Under the pieces are notes generated by a model. It was given only the letters and a program-made list of their open reading frames with translations. It did not search any database and was not told where the DNA came from. This document shows positions 1 to 9,874 of a DNA stretch of 54,674 bases, one piece after another. Made by a program: the position numbers and the translations under genes. The DNA lies in the IMG/VR virus record IMGVR_UViG_3300008970_000001, one strand, 5' to 3'. The stretch is from a virus. The first letter of the stretch is position 1; every line of letters begins with the position of its first letter.

Positions 1-99
1 CAACATCCGCTTTGCTTCTCGCGGGAAGTTACGTTCCAGATAAGTAATGTTCCTCTGGAATTCAACAAGACCCCTATGCTCTATTTCAAACATCTTGAT
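1..99. repeat. Terminal direct repeat, copy 1 (identical to 54576-54674)
   Basis: CAACATCCGCTTTGCTTCTCGCGGG...CATCTTGAT occurs at both window ends with a constant offset of 54575. It lies inside coding sequence. Confidence 0.9.
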
Positions 100-544
100 T
101 CACCCCGAAATCAAGCTCCTGCATTTTCATTTCCGTTTCCCCGCCGCTTCCACCGCTGTCATCGTCAACATCGTAGTACATCATTTCCATGCGAGACGAG
201 AGCACGCCATCTGTCACGTCTGACTCAACACCTTCTACGAGTTGTATCGTCCTGGTCCCTACTTTCAGTCCGTGCGAAAACATAGACTCTATACCTTGCG
301 TTTTTTCCACAGTGTCGAGCTTGTACTTGTACCGATCCTTGGGGAAGTAGTAGATAACCACCGTCAAAGATCGCATAAACTTGCGTAGGTAATCAGTCCG
401 GGAAATGTTTTCTAAAGTCGTGAAAAAGGAAGGTCTTACGAAACCTTCTTTTACATCCTCGGACGCCATTATGCTTATGTTTGGGTATCTTTCAATGATC
501 TTTTCGTTCACAGCTGTAATGATGTTCTCTAACTTGACCGTCAT
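86..544 (-). CDS. Head-tail joining region structural protein (family not recognised)
   Basis: 152-aa ORF between the head-closure gene and the gp10-like gene. Its TGA stop overlaps the gp10-like start across the circular junction. Confidence 0.6.
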   Translation of the reverse strand: MTVKLENIITAVNEKIIERYPNISIMASEDVKEGFVRPSFFTTLENISRTDYLRKFMRSLTVVIYYFPKDRYKYKLDTVEKTQGIESMFSHGLKVGTRTIQLVEGVESDVTDGVLSSRMEMMYYDVDDDSGGSGGETEMKMQELDFGVNQDV

Positions 545-870
545 TCGATCACTTCCTTGACAAATATCTCAAGTTCCTTGTGCGCAAAATACGGATCAAG
601 AATGAATTCAATGTCAAATCGATGGTCACCGAACATAATGTAATCGTTCTTTGTTATGTTTTTACCGGAATTGTAGCGCACTATTATTTTGTGGGTTACG
701 TTCGTGAGTATGGTTTCTGCCTGCGCGCGCTGCATGTTGCCTGTTTGGGGCATTATTTGCGCCGATATGGTTTTCTGTTTTTCGAAATCGAAATATTTCT
801 CCTTGAGCTCATTAAGTTTTTCTACCTTGGAGTATACATCGACTCGTTTGTTTAGTTTTCCGGGATTCAT
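541..870 (-). CDS. Head-tail adaptor / head-closure protein (SPP1 gp16 / HK97 gp8-like)
   Basis: 109 aa. Size, position and sequence pattern (MNPGKLNKRV...QIMPQTG...KIIVRY) are typical of the family. It overlaps both neighbours by 4 nt. Confidence 0.75.
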   Translation of the reverse strand: MNPGKLNKRVDVYSKVEKLNELKEKYFDFEKQKTISAQIMPQTGNMQRAQAETILTNVTHKIIVRYNSGKNITKNDYIMFGDHRFDIEFILDPYFAHKELEIFVKEVIE

Positions 871-878
871 GCGATCAC

Positions 879-1184
879 CTACAATAAATTGATAGAGTGC
901 ATACCCAATATCGTTTCCACGACCTTATTGAGATTATTTTTATCTACATAAAGGGTTCTGTTATCGTACATATCCTGTCCTAAGACATAGACGACAATAA
1001 TAAATTCACTATGAGCATCAATATCGCCTGATGAAAGCCCTGTGTACGACTGAACAAAAGACTTAGCGACTATCAGTATAGTATCTAATTCTTCGATCTC
1101 TGAGACTGTTAATCCCTCAATTTCGAGTTTTAGGTACTCTGCTAATTTAATATTAGTAATTTCACTTACCTTAGTTATCCCCAT
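879..1184 (-). CDS. gp6-like head-tail connector protein
   Basis: 101 aa and follows the capsid gene. It has the typical N-terminal ...AEYLKLE...VAKSFVQSYTG pattern. Confidence 0.75.
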   Translation of the reverse strand: MGITKVSEITNIKLAEYLKLEIEGLTVSEIEELDTILIVAKSFVQSYTGLSSGDIDAHSEFIIVVYVLGQDMYDNRTLYVDKNNLNKVVETILGMHSINLL

Positions 1185-1341
1185 CGGACTTCACGACCTT
1201 TTTAGACTTATCTGGCTTTACTTCTTCTACGTATCCAGCCTGGAGAAGGTCGGAGAGTATTGCTTTATCGCTACACTCTCTTTCCTCACCTTTGTACATA
1301 GAAAAAGCACCAGCAAAACTAATTAGTGCTCGCACTTTCAT
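1171..1341 (-). CDS. Small hypothetical protein (56 aa)
   Basis: ATG at 1341 lies just downstream of the capsid stop, and the stop overlaps the connector start. The ORF is below the ORF-track cutoff and was translated by hand (MKVRALISFAGAFSMYKGEE...). Confidence 0.4.
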   Translation of the reverse strand: MKVRALISFAGAFSMYKGEERECSDKAILSDLLQAGYVEEVKPDKSKKVVKSDGDN

Positions 1342-1351
1342 AAGTTATCTC

Positions 1352-2527
1352 CTAACCCGCTGCTTTCATGACTAGCTTGGCAATCTTTTGAGCATTCTCT
1401 ACCTTGGAATCAAGTTCCATCCATCCCACGACCCCGATAGCGTGTTGAGTTGCAAATTTCTCACGCAAGACTTCAATGCTCACATCTTCAGAAAGCTTGA
1501 CAGCCAATCCGCTCATGTCTCCGTAGTAGATAGCCGTTTTTCCAGCAAGCATAGTTGACATATTAGACGATACATAGACATCCTTGCCGAATAGAGTATA
1601 TCCCCATTTTGCAGTAGCGTCCTTATTGAGGATGTAATCACCACTGCTATCCTTCAATTTTCTGATGGCAGTTCTCGTAGCTTTGTTCATGATCCAGATT
1701 GCCCCACCCTGATACATGTCAGGAACGGCCTCTTGAAGATCAATTAATTCATCAGCTGTTATTGCCGTTGTTGCGGCAGCAGTAATGGATTGGGTTACAC
1801 CGCTTAACCCCGCTACTTTATCGGTAGTCCCATTAAGTAGTTCCTTCTCAATCCATTTGGCAATAGAGTCGGCCATGGCACCGATTACAAAGTTAACGAT
1901 ATCAAATTGACTGTTGTTAACCAATGATTTGGATACCTTACAAAGAGCACCAGCAAGGAACCCTTTTAATTCCACGCTAAGGAATTTCCCCGACTTAGAC
2001 TCTAGGTCACTGAACTCCGTTGCATACGCCATGGTGATAGCCTGGGTTTCCTCGTCGTAATAAGGGACATTTAATGTACCGCCAACATTGTAGCGAGTAG
2101 CCAGTTGGTAAATTGGGCAGATGTCGTACACTTTTTTGATGATTTTATCAGCGATAGAAGAAGGGATGATCGCTCCGTTATCACCGGTAGTGAGGTTTAC
2201 GTCAGCACGCTGCTCTACGACACCCCTGATGTAGTTAGCAAAAGCTCTTTCTTCAAGCTCCTCGGCCCTTAGTTCTTCCTTTTTCTTGTCATCGACAACG
2301 TTAAGGGTTAAATCCCTGGCTCTTTCCTCGGCCTTGATCGTCTTATCAATGCCGGCAATTTCAGCCTCCAACGCAGTGAATTTTTCCATTTCCTCGGTGC
2401 TCATAGCTCTAGTTTCGCCCTTGGCAGCATCGACAAGTGCTTGTAATTCAGTTACTTTATCGTTTCTTTGCTCATTTAAGCTTTTCAGGTTTGCCCGGAA
2501 TTCAGCAATTCGAATCTTCTTTTTCAT
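1352..2527 (-). CDS. Major capsid protein, HK97 family
   Basis: 391 aa with an N-terminal coiled delta-domain (EFRANLKSLNEQRNDKVTELQ...). It follows the prohead protease. Confidence 0.9.
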   Translation of the reverse strand: MKKKIRIAEFRANLKSLNEQRNDKVTELQALVDAAKGETRAMSTEEMEKFTALEAEIAGIDKTIKAEERARDLTLNVVDDKKKEELRAEELEERAFANYIRGVVEQRADVNLTTGDNGAIIPSSIADKIIKKVYDICPIYQLATRYNVGGTLNVPYYDEETQAITMAYATEFSDLESKSGKFLSVELKGFLAGALCKVSKSLVNNSQFDIVNFVIGAMADSIAKWIEKELLNGTTDKVAGLSGVTQSITAAATTAITADELIDLQEAVPDMYQGGAIWIMNKATRTAIRKLKDSSGDYILNKDATAKWGYTLFGKDVYVSSNMSTMLAGKTAIYYGDMSGLAVKLSEDVSIEVLREKFATQHAIGVVGWMELDSKVENAQKIAKLVMKAAG

Positions 2528-2572
2528 TACTTTCCCTCGCCTTCTTTTAATGCATAAAAAATAGCCGCTTAC

Positions 2573-3184
2573 TTAGTAGCCCTTAAGGTCACTTATTCTT
2601 TTTTCGTACCCAGAGTAGTCGATTGGCTCATCTTTAGCCTTTGGTTGTTCGATTTCCACCGTGATAGCCCTGAATTCGTCTCCGCGTTGTTCGGCAATGA
2701 CTTCTTGCTCGGCCCTATGCTCTATGGATGTACCGGTATAGATCGGAGACATTCGATCATCGATGATTGAGACTTCAAACAAGTCGAGATCCTCTACATG
2801 TCGGCGCGGAAGTTGATCGGCCCGCTCTTCCATCCTGTCTTTGTTAACGTACTGTCCGAATGACCATCCTCTAAGCTTCTTTTGTCGCGCCTTTTCGATA
2901 ACCTCAGGATCAGTTACGACGGCAATAGCTCGGAGACCAATGTTATCCTCGAAGAGTTCAATGTTACCGTCTTTAGTTGATCCGAGCTTTCTTGTCTTGT
3001 CATGATTGAGTAATAAATCAACGTTATCTGTTCTGTCTAAGGCACGCTGAAATGCCCTTGGCTCAATTTGCTCGACGCATTTCCCGCGAGGCGTGATGAT
3101 CGGCCTACTATCCCTGGCTACAGCATTGACATAGCCATCGAGAAGCACGCTATCGTTTCTAATTTCAATCCTAATCTTCATCAC
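2573..3184 (-). CDS. Prohead serine protease, HK97 family
   Basis: 203 aa with the LLNHDKTRKLGST and RGWSFG motifs (His/Ser catalytic context). It lies between the portal and capsid genes. Confidence 0.88.
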   Translation of the reverse strand: MMKIRIEIRNDSVLLDGYVNAVARDSRPIITPRGKCVEQIEPRAFQRALDRTDNVDLLLNHDKTRKLGSTKDGNIELFEDNIGLRAIAVVTDPEVIEKARQKKLRGWSFGQYVNKDRMEERADQLPRRHVEDLDLFEVSIIDDRMSPIYTGTSIEHRAEQEVIAEQRGDEFRAITVEIEQPKAKDEPIDYSGYEKRISDLKGY

Positions 3185-4385
3185 CCCCCTTCACTTTGTC
3201 GATTTTGTTGGTCTGGTTAGTGTTTGGAGTATATATTGTCTTTGTCTTAACGTCATAAAGCACAGAATCCAAGCCAAGCTTGATCCAATTAAGACCTAAC
3301 GCAGGTAAGTCTTCCATAAACCTAACCTCATCAATTTGAAGAAAATTAGCATCAATGCCTGTTTTGTAAGCGTCAAAGCGTTCTTTGATATCGCCTTTTA
3401 GCATTTCTTTCGTATCGAAGGCAAAATAAAAGGACCCCTTCTCTTTTTCAAGAAGCAAATCCCTATTTAAGGCGCATTCAATTACTCTCAATACGGGCAT
3501 GACTCCCATTTTAAAGGCGTTGGCATATTCGTGGGGTGACGCAGTGCCTTTAATGATATTGATCGGTATGTTGATTACCTTGCAGATTTCAGCAGAATTA
3601 GTCTCTTTGTTTTCATTCAACTGCATTTCGACTGAAGTATTAGAAGCCTCCTTGAACTCAAGACCATCGTTAAGCACAACAACATTGTCGCTATTGTTAC
3701 TGTATAGATTTTTCCAAGCCTCTTTTAGCTTGTCGATCACATCTTGGGTAAGCTTTTTGGTGGATTTCAGGAATCCCTTCTTGTTGCCGCCTTTTTTGAC
3801 CAGATTCTCTTCATACACTAAAGAATTATAGGCAACGCTTAGTATTAGGTAATTTTCCTCTACGATACTAATTCCGCTTGCCCCATCTTTTGTGTTTCTT
3901 AGGATTTTCATAAATTCATAGGGCTTGTAAGGTTTTCCGTTAACTGAAATGTCATAATCCTTGAATATAGGATCTACGTTTTTATTAACGGATATATTTG
4001 TTTCGTCGACGTAGTACAACCCTGCAACTTGATTCCTTTCTTTCCCTATATAAGCATAGCCCCCTTTCCCGAGAAAGTAGTCATTGATTAAAGCCCTCCA
4101 AAACTGTACAGCATCTAGCGTATCGCCCGTATCGTCGTTTAACAGATAAACTCGTTTATCTCCCTTGACTTCCTCGGCTTTCCCGTCTTTCTCCTGATAC
4201 AATTTGATTGGCAGTATTGACACTGTATCGGCAACAAAGTTAATGCAACTTTTTAAACTCGGGATATTTAACGCTTCCGCCTTTGTTACGGTCGACGATC
4301 CTAACAACGCCCTTATCAATACATCGTCCACTGGTGGCTCGATTGGTGCATCCGCTCTTTTTTCTTTGCGACTAAACCATGCCAT
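3171..4385 (-). CDS. Portal protein, HK97 family
   Basis: 404 aa, located downstream of the large terminase and upstream of the protease. Confidence 0.88.
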   Translation of the reverse strand: MAWFSRKEKRADAPIEPPVDDVLIRALLGSSTVTKAEALNIPSLKSCINFVADTVSILPIKLYQEKDGKAEEVKGDKRVYLLNDDTGDTLDAVQFWRALINDYFLGKGGYAYIGKERNQVAGLYYVDETNISVNKNVDPIFKDYDISVNGKPYKPYEFMKILRNTKDGASGISIVEENYLILSVAYNSLVYEENLVKKGGNKKGFLKSTKKLTQDVIDKLKEAWKNLYSNNSDNVVVLNDGLEFKEASNTSVEMQLNENKETNSAEICKVINIPINIIKGTASPHEYANAFKMGVMPVLRVIECALNRDLLLEKEKGSFYFAFDTKEMLKGDIKERFDAYKTGIDANFLQIDEVRFMEDLPALGLNWIKLGLDSVLYDVKTKTIYTPNTNQTNKIDKVKGGDED

Positions 4386-4417
4386 TTTTTACATCACCAC
4401 CTCTCGGACGGCCACAG

Positions 4418-4657
4418 TTAACAAAATGTGTAGCCGATTATCTTGATGCCCTTGGCGTGCTTATGTTCCAAGTCCTCTCCGTAAGTATTTTTGTAATACT
4501 CCAACTTCTTTTCTAGGTTTTCAACAGGATTGATAATCAGTTCAGGCGATTCAAACCCGGGCATTTCAACGATTAACCCCAGGCTTTGCTTTGTTTTTAT
4601 TGCTGTTTTGACTACGAATTCTAGCTCACTCATTTTTTCCAATTCCATTGTCTGCAC
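4418..4657 (-). CDS. Hypothetical protein
   Basis: 79-aa ORF that fills the gap between the terminase and portal genes. Confidence 0.5.
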   Translation of the reverse strand: MQTMELEKMSELEFVVKTAIKTKQSLGLIVEMPGFESPELIINPVENLEKKLEYYKNTYGEDLEHKHAKGIKIIGYTFC

Positions 4658-4664
4658 CTTCCTT

Positions 4665-6380
4665 CTAAATCACCTGGACGTCGAAGTCGTCCGTTCCAAA
4701 CAACATATCTTGTTGCAATAAATAAGTGGCATTAATTAATGCCACTACCATATCAACCTTACCAGCTGATTTCTTTTTGTTCACGTATTTATTTAGATTC
4801 GTATCTTCGGTGCAGCGAGCATTCTGGAAATTGATCTCTAGCATCAAATTTTCTTCATAGTGGAATTGTTTGCTTAGGACTAATTCTTTTAGCAACTTTG
4901 TGGGCATATGCAGGACTGAACTGTGTTGTTTAATCTCCACACATTCCACACTTTTTGCCTCAAGTTTTTGGACTGTACTAATGGCATTGTATCGGTCGTA
5001 ACCAGCTTGCTGTATTTCAACACCATATTCCGCTTCAATACCCTCCATATTGTACTTTTCATCACCGATTACAAAAGCTTCCACGAAACCATAGTCAATA
5101 ACCTCTCCGCCGCATTCGAAACAAACACCTGACTTAATCAGCCTGTCATAATTAACACCTTCCTTTTTGCTCTTTTGTCTTTTCTTGTCCTCTGGGATAA
5201 AGCCCCAAACCTTACCATAGATCATGCCTTCGTGCTCTGTTACCATTGCTAAAGCTGTATTGTCATCCGACTGGGATAGATCCAGCCCCAGCCATACCCT
5301 TTTACCTTTCCAAAACGCTTTATCGTTCCTAATTTTACATTCTCTTACTTTGGTTATTTCGATATAACCTTCTACACCAAGGCCTTTGTACTTAATGTTA
5401 TTGTGTTTACAGAGATAATTTTCCCGCTTGTTTTCATAATCTATCGCATCGTCGCGCATTTCCTTAATGGCGTCAAAAATATACTCATTCGATACAGCTA
5501 CCGGGTTACTCTGATATATTACCAAGTCCTCTGTTTGCCACTTATCGTCAGTTAAAAATTCATCGTCCGGCTCATAGAGTAGAGCAAACCGTCTTTTGGT
5601 ATCTCTTAACCCATCCAATACTTTTTTTGAGATATCCACTTCGTCTATCATGCCGTTATTATCATTCGGGTACTGGGTGCTTAGGATGATGCCAAGCTTA
5701 TTAAAAAGCGTTATCTGAGAGGACCTCATGGCCTCAATTGGATAACTATCCATAGCTCCTGCCTCATCGGCAAGGAATGTATTTGCTAACTTACCATCCA
5801 TCTTATCTTCGCTGTAGGCTAATGGAGTATATTCACTATCTGTTAATAGACATCTAATTTCACTTCTTAAAATTTTGAATACAGAATCATCCGCTAGTGC
5901 AGGAGATACCTTTATAATTTTCTTAATTGCTAGCTGTAACTCTTTAGATAGTTTTAAGTCAGGAGCCACTGAAAAAAACCTACTAAACTGTGCGTCAGTT
6001 AGCATTAAGAGTATAAAAATAACCGCTGCATAAAAAGTCTTAAAATTTTTTCGACTAATCAATAGCAAAGCGGTTGTGTAGTATCTTGTATCTCTATTTT
6101 TGTCATTTTTTAGCTTTGTACATAATGTAGCAATGATCAATAACCAAGCATAGTCCTCCATGCCCTCGTCCATGGGGCATTGCAAATCCGGGTGAACCAT
6201 CAATCCGAGTAGCGTAGACACTTGCTCAAGGGCATCTTCGTCAACATAAGCCTCCAAATCTCCCTCGTCCGCTATTGCGAGCCAGGATCTGGCTTGTTTT
6301 TTTACATACTTACCGACTTTGCGATTGCTTTTTTCTAAACACCATTGTGCGTACTTATAAGCTCTGCTATCCCGTACCAT
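4665..6380 (-). CDS. terL: Terminase large subunit
   Basis: 571 aa with Terminase_1-like architecture, including the LGLDLSQSDDNTALAMV nuclease-domain motif. It overlaps the small subunit gene. Confidence 0.9.
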   Translation of the reverse strand: MVRDSRAYKYAQWCLEKSNRKVGKYVKKQARSWLAIADEGDLEAYVDEDALEQVSTLLGLMVHPDLQCPMDEGMEDYAWLLIIATLCTKLKNDKNRDTRYYTTALLLISRKNFKTFYAAVIFILLMLTDAQFSRFFSVAPDLKLSKELQLAIKKIIKVSPALADDSVFKILRSEIRCLLTDSEYTPLAYSEDKMDGKLANTFLADEAGAMDSYPIEAMRSSQITLFNKLGIILSTQYPNDNNGMIDEVDISKKVLDGLRDTKRRFALLYEPDDEFLTDDKWQTEDLVIYQSNPVAVSNEYIFDAIKEMRDDAIDYENKRENYLCKHNNIKYKGLGVEGYIEITKVRECKIRNDKAFWKGKRVWLGLDLSQSDDNTALAMVTEHEGMIYGKVWGFIPEDKKRQKSKKEGVNYDRLIKSGVCFECGGEVIDYGFVEAFVIGDEKYNMEGIEAEYGVEIQQAGYDRYNAISTVQKLEAKSVECVEIKQHSSVLHMPTKLLKELVLSKQFHYEENLMLEINFQNARCTEDTNLNKYVNKKKSAGKVDMVVALINATYLLQQDMLFGTDDFDVQVI

Positions 6381-6939
6381 TGCCTTTTTTACCCTTCAAC
6401 GCTTCTAGTAGCGGATTGGAGGACTTTTCTTCCGTCTTCGGTATGCTCCTGAGTGCAGCTGCTATTGTCATGATGTTCTCTTTTTCTATATCTAAAAGCA
6501 TCTTGCGTTTCGATTGCACCTGTTTATCACAAGCAATCATGGTTCCGTATATGCTGGTAATGTCCCTGGTAACTTGCCTTAGATCATCAAAAGAAGCCTC
6601 TCCGCTAAGCTCTTCTAGTTTAACTTCTAGCCTTGATGCCATCTCGTATATCTTTTCTCTTTTGGCTTCAAGGTCTGAGCATTCCGCGATCATCATGCAG
6701 TACCTATTGATGATTACTTCGTAGATTGCATCATTCTTTTTAATTCCCTTAAGCAACTTATTTAGCCTGATAAATTCCTTGTGAGCAATAGGGTTACTTT
6801 TTACTTCAGAGCGTTCCCTCAATGCCACGCCCGAAGACAGGGATTCTTCACCCTTTTTTCTCTGCTTTAATTCCGCTTTTGTTCGGTGTGATTTTTTCTC
6901 TGATATCAGTACTGTGAACGGTTTAGGTGGCGTTGGCAT
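6367..6939 (-). CDS. terS: Terminase small subunit (P27-like)
   Basis: 190 aa with N-terminal MPTPPKPF...KKSHRTKAELKQRKK, as in the P27 family. It lies immediately upstream of terL. Confidence 0.78.
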   Translation of the reverse strand: MPTPPKPFTVLISEKKSHRTKAELKQRKKGEESLSSGVALRERSEVKSNPIAHKEFIRLNKLLKGIKKNDAIYEVIINRYCMMIAECSDLEAKREKIYEMASRLEVKLEELSGEASFDDLRQVTRDITSIYGTMIACDKQVQSKRKMLLDIEKENIMTIAAALRSIPKTEEKSSNPLLEALKGKKGNGTG

Positions 6940-7213
6940 TGCTGGATCCTCCTTTCAAAAGCTGATCTGGGAATATTTTATTTACAGAGGGGTGTATGTG
7001 GTCTAGGCTATTTTCAAAAACTCAACATCAGCTACCCGGGGGGTACCCCGTGCGATCAGGTCCGCTGGCTAAGTCTGCCCCAATAACAAATGCAATGGTA
7101 CTATGTGCCCGTCGCACTTTTTACATCTTGCTCCATCCATCGTATTGGGATTCCCTATTATCTCAACTTCGCACTCTAAGCATTTATATAACATCTTTGC
7201 ATTCTTTCGCATA

Positions 7214-7606
7214 TCATCCACTCCCTGATAATCCTTCCTGCTCTTGTATTATCATCAGCACAACAGCCAAGGGTATCTCTCCGCTCTCAGCCATCTCATG
7301 ATGTCGCTCACATATAGTCAGTAGGATATCATTGTCTAATCGCCTATCGAAATCTTCCTCAAGCGGTATGCCATGGTGTACTTGTAAATCGTTATAGGTA
7401 TATTGGTTGTGCGTATCGTATAGCTTTCGTATGCATACTTGGCATAGGTGACTGTCTCTTTGCCTAATCTCATTTCCCTTTCTTTGCCATGCCGCTGTCG
7501 ATCTAAATCTATCCTTATCGTTCTTTTGTTTCTTTCGCTGTGGCTTTTTCCCGCAGTCGTGCTTACTGTCATGGATCTTGCCGCAGTATTTACAACTCTT
7601 TAGCAT
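7214..7606 (-). CDS. HNH endonuclease (terminase-associated)
   Basis: Contains CQVC...VHHGIPL...CERHH motifs. It sits just upstream of terS, as in HK97-like cos phages. Confidence 0.85.
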   Translation of the reverse strand: MLKSCKYCGKIHDSKHDCGKKPQRKKQKNDKDRFRSTAAWQRKGNEIRQRDSHLCQVCIRKLYDTHNQYTYNDLQVHHGIPLEEDFDRRLDNDILLTICERHHEMAESGEIPLAVVLMIIQEQEGLSGSG

Positions 7607-7612
7607 AGCGCA

Positions 7613-7930
7613 TCAATCCAGTCTTATACCTTTATTGCTCCGCATCATCCGATCAAACGCCCCGAACGCTTTACTCTCTTCGTACTCCCGCAAGATCTTC
7701 TCGTGATCCCTGCACCTGGTCCCTGTCCATTTACGACACTTGGCGCAGTTAACCTTGTGACCTAACTCTATGGGATCGTAGTATTTACACTTAGCCAACT
7801 GCGCCACCATCCTTTTACGCAATAAGAAAAGCGCCCCCTCTTTGGGAACGCTCATTAAACACATTTTTCGCATTGTATAAATTCTAACACACTGAAAAGG
7901 GACTGTACAGGGCACGGTTTCGGGCATCAA
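7613..7930 (-). CDS. Hypothetical Cys-rich protein (start uncertain)
   Basis: 105-aa ORF with no clear SD at the first start codons. Confidence 0.4.
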   Translation of the reverse strand: MMPETVPCTVPFQCVRIYTMRKMCLMSVPKEGALFLLRKRMVAQLAKCKYYDPIELGHKVNCAKCRKWTGTRCRDHEKILREYEESKAFGAFDRMMRSNKGIRLD

Positions 7931-7950
7931 TCGGGCACGAATTGGACATT

Positions 7951-8502
7951 TTAATTCAAGGCATCTGCTCCGAAAAGCATAATCTTAAGTTTGTTCACAA
8001 GACGACTCCTGTTTCTTCTTACGGTTTTTTCGTCACATACGATCTTTTCGGAGATCTCTTCGATAGTTAATCCATCCCAATACTTTAACGGAATAATCCC
8101 GTAGTACTTATCATCCGTTATAGCTTCCATAGCCCTATCAATCCTTAGCACTTCCTGCCTAGTCCTCATCATACTTGACTTAACGCCTTGTGTGTATTGG
8201 TCGATATCTAATCCATGACTACCGGCATTCCTCGTGGAGAATACAACTATATCCTTTGATCGGTTACTCGTTGGAGCCGTAGAAGCATTAGGATCATAAA
8301 GGAATTCTTCATCTTGGGCAACCTTTAGCCTTAATGCCGGGTAATTATATAGCAGGATCTCTGTCTCCCTGAAGTAATTACGTTCGGTTGAAGAATCGTG
8401 CGCTACGGCTTTTACGCTTTCTTGGGCCGCTATGTTTACCGCTGTTTCGATTATTTTTAAAACTTCAGGGTTTAGTTTCTTCAATGTTAGCAGCCTCCTC
8501 AC
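7951..8502 (-). CDS. ArpU/RinA-like late transcriptional regulator (sigma region-4-like HTH)
   Basis: 183 aa. Has an N-terminal ...ETEILLYNYPALRLKV motif and a C-terminal LTIEEISEKIVCDEKTVRRNRSRLVNKL helix-turn-helix. It lies upstream of the packaging genes. Confidence 0.6.
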   Translation of the reverse strand: MRRLLTLKKLNPEVLKIIETAVNIAAQESVKAVAHDSSTERNYFRETEILLYNYPALRLKVAQDEEFLYDPNASTAPTSNRSKDIVVFSTRNAGSHGLDIDQYTQGVKSSMMRTRQEVLRIDRAMEAITDDKYYGIIPLKYWDGLTIEEISEKIVCDEKTVRRNRSRLVNKLKIMLFGADALN

Positions 8503-8747
8503 TTCTTCCCCCTAATCAACATCTCGCCCAAACTATTGAGCACCCTCAGGTCCTTAACCACTTTACCGGTTCTGCATTTCCATGCATCACACGTATATTT
8601 TCCGTTCACCCGACGAGGTGCACATGCATGATAAAGTTCGCCATCGAATTTTAGTTGTTTCATCCGCAAGCACTCCATCCACACGCTGGATCCGGGCACC
8701 GCACACATCCGCCGGTGTGTATTACTGTAGCTCCGCACCATGGGCAA
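8499..8747 (-). CDS. Hypothetical protein (start uncertain, possibly M29 at 8663)
   Basis: ORF only. Confidence 0.4.
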   Translation of the reverse strand: MPMVRSYSNTHRRMCAVPGSSVWMECLRMKQLKFDGELYHACAPRRVNGKYTCDAWKCRTGKVVKDLRVLNSLGEMLIRGKK

Positions 8748-8760
8748 CCGTTATCGTCTG

Positions 8761-8886
8761 TCATTCTCCCTTGCCCCCGATCCGCTCCCATCGGCAATCA
8801 TCGGTGTAGGTATAGCTACAAGTTTTCTTATCTGCACAAACCTTGCACACGCAGACTTGTCCTTTACACTCTCGGCACTTACACAT
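8761..8886 (-). CDS. Small Cys-rich protein (41 aa)
   Basis: GGAGGT lies 7 nt upstream of the ATG at 8886. Sequence is MCKCRECKGQVCVCKVCADKK.... Confidence 0.45.
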   Translation of the reverse strand: MCKCRECKGQVCVCKVCADKKTCSYTYTDDCRWERIGGKGE

Positions 8887-9097
8887 CTGCTTTACCTCCA
8901 CTAATCCTAAGTATTTCGAGCCTTTGAAGTTCGATGGTCCCCCACATGGACCAGTTGAGCACGGTCTGCGTAATATATCTAACCCTTCGCTCGTCAACGG
9001 CTACCGCGTTTGATCTGTCCGGGCTAAAGTTGAGTGTATTATCCTCAGCGTTTTCCCCTGAGTAGAATTGGCCGTTCATTACGATGATTGCTTTCAT
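8879..9097 (-). CDS. Hypothetical protein
   Basis: 72-aa ORF whose start overlaps the upstream stop. Confidence 0.5.
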   Translation of the reverse strand: MKAIIVMNGQFYSGENAEDNTLNFSPDRSNAVAVDERRVRYITQTVLNWSMWGTIELQRLEILRISGGKADV

Positions 9098-9534
9098 GTT
9101 AAATCCTCCTTCGGCTCCCAGTTACAAAGGTCGCGGCACATATCGCAGGGATCAATGCCTATCTCATCGATCTCCTCCTGAGTCATGGATGCATATTTAC
9201 ACTGTCGGCACTTTAACTCATTTCCCAGTATCTCTTCTAGGGTCTCTATATTTCCGCTAAGTCTACACAACTTTTTACGTTTAGTTGCGGTCAGCTCGTA
9301 GAAACCGATATTTAGCCCGATTTTCATCTGCTCAAGCATAATCTCGACATCCGCTATTTCTTCAGTGATGTGCTCAAGATTTCCTTGGCCAAGAGCCTGT
9401 TTACAGAGCTCCTTCTGTAGTTCAGATAGCTCTTCTACGCATTTTATCATCTGTTTTGCGAGACCGTATTTTCTCACGGCTGCCTCACATATTTCTTTTT
9501 CTGCTACACTCACACTTCTCTCTCCTCTACACAT
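9094..9534 (-). CDS. MazG-like NTP pyrophosphohydrolase domain protein with Cys-rich C-terminus
   Basis: EELSELQKEL...EEIADVEIMLEQM resembles the MazG helices. A C-terminal CRQC...CDMC follows. Confidence 0.5.
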   Translation of the reverse strand: MCRGERSVSVAEKEICEAAVRKYGLAKQMIKCVEELSELQKELCKQALGQGNLEHITEEIADVEIMLEQMKIGLNIGFYELTATKRKKLCRLSGNIETLEEILGNELKCRQCKYASMTQEEIDEIGIDPCDMCRDLCNWEPKEDLT

Positions 9535-9859
9535 TCCTTATCTGCTGTCTAGCCACCTGGATAAGCTTATGAAATCGCTCTTGGTCCTTCTCGCGAAAAC
9601 TCACGTCAATATCCGGAACCATACTCTTACACATCCATTCGACATAAGGTTTTTTGTCCTCGTATATCCTCGCAATATCCTTAAGCGTGATCGAGAGTAT
9701 CTCTGAGTTGATATCATAATCCCAAGTCGGGAGCGGATAGGTTAGTCCGTATTCGACGATCTGAGCGACGATTTGGTTATACTCGTCGGCGTATTTCAGA
9801 CGTATTTCTGGTGACAGGGCATCGGCTTTGGCTTTTCGGGCTAATAATTGCTGGATCAT
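9527..9859 (-). CDS. Hypothetical protein
   Basis: 110-aa ORF. It is the first gene downstream of the iteron region. Confidence 0.6.
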   Translation of the reverse strand: MIQQLLARKAKADALSPEIRLKYADEYNQIVAQIVEYGLTYPLPTWDYDINSEILSITLKDIARIYEDKKPYVEWMCKSMVPDIDVSFREKDQERFHKLIQVARQQIRNV

Positions 9860-9874
9860 ACGATAACCTCCTAT

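Noticed and set aside
7040-7049. GGGGTACCCC palindrome as the cos cleavage site
   Set aside because: It is only 10 bp with no supporting flanking symmetry, so it could be chance. It is kept only as a pointer within the cos-region finding.
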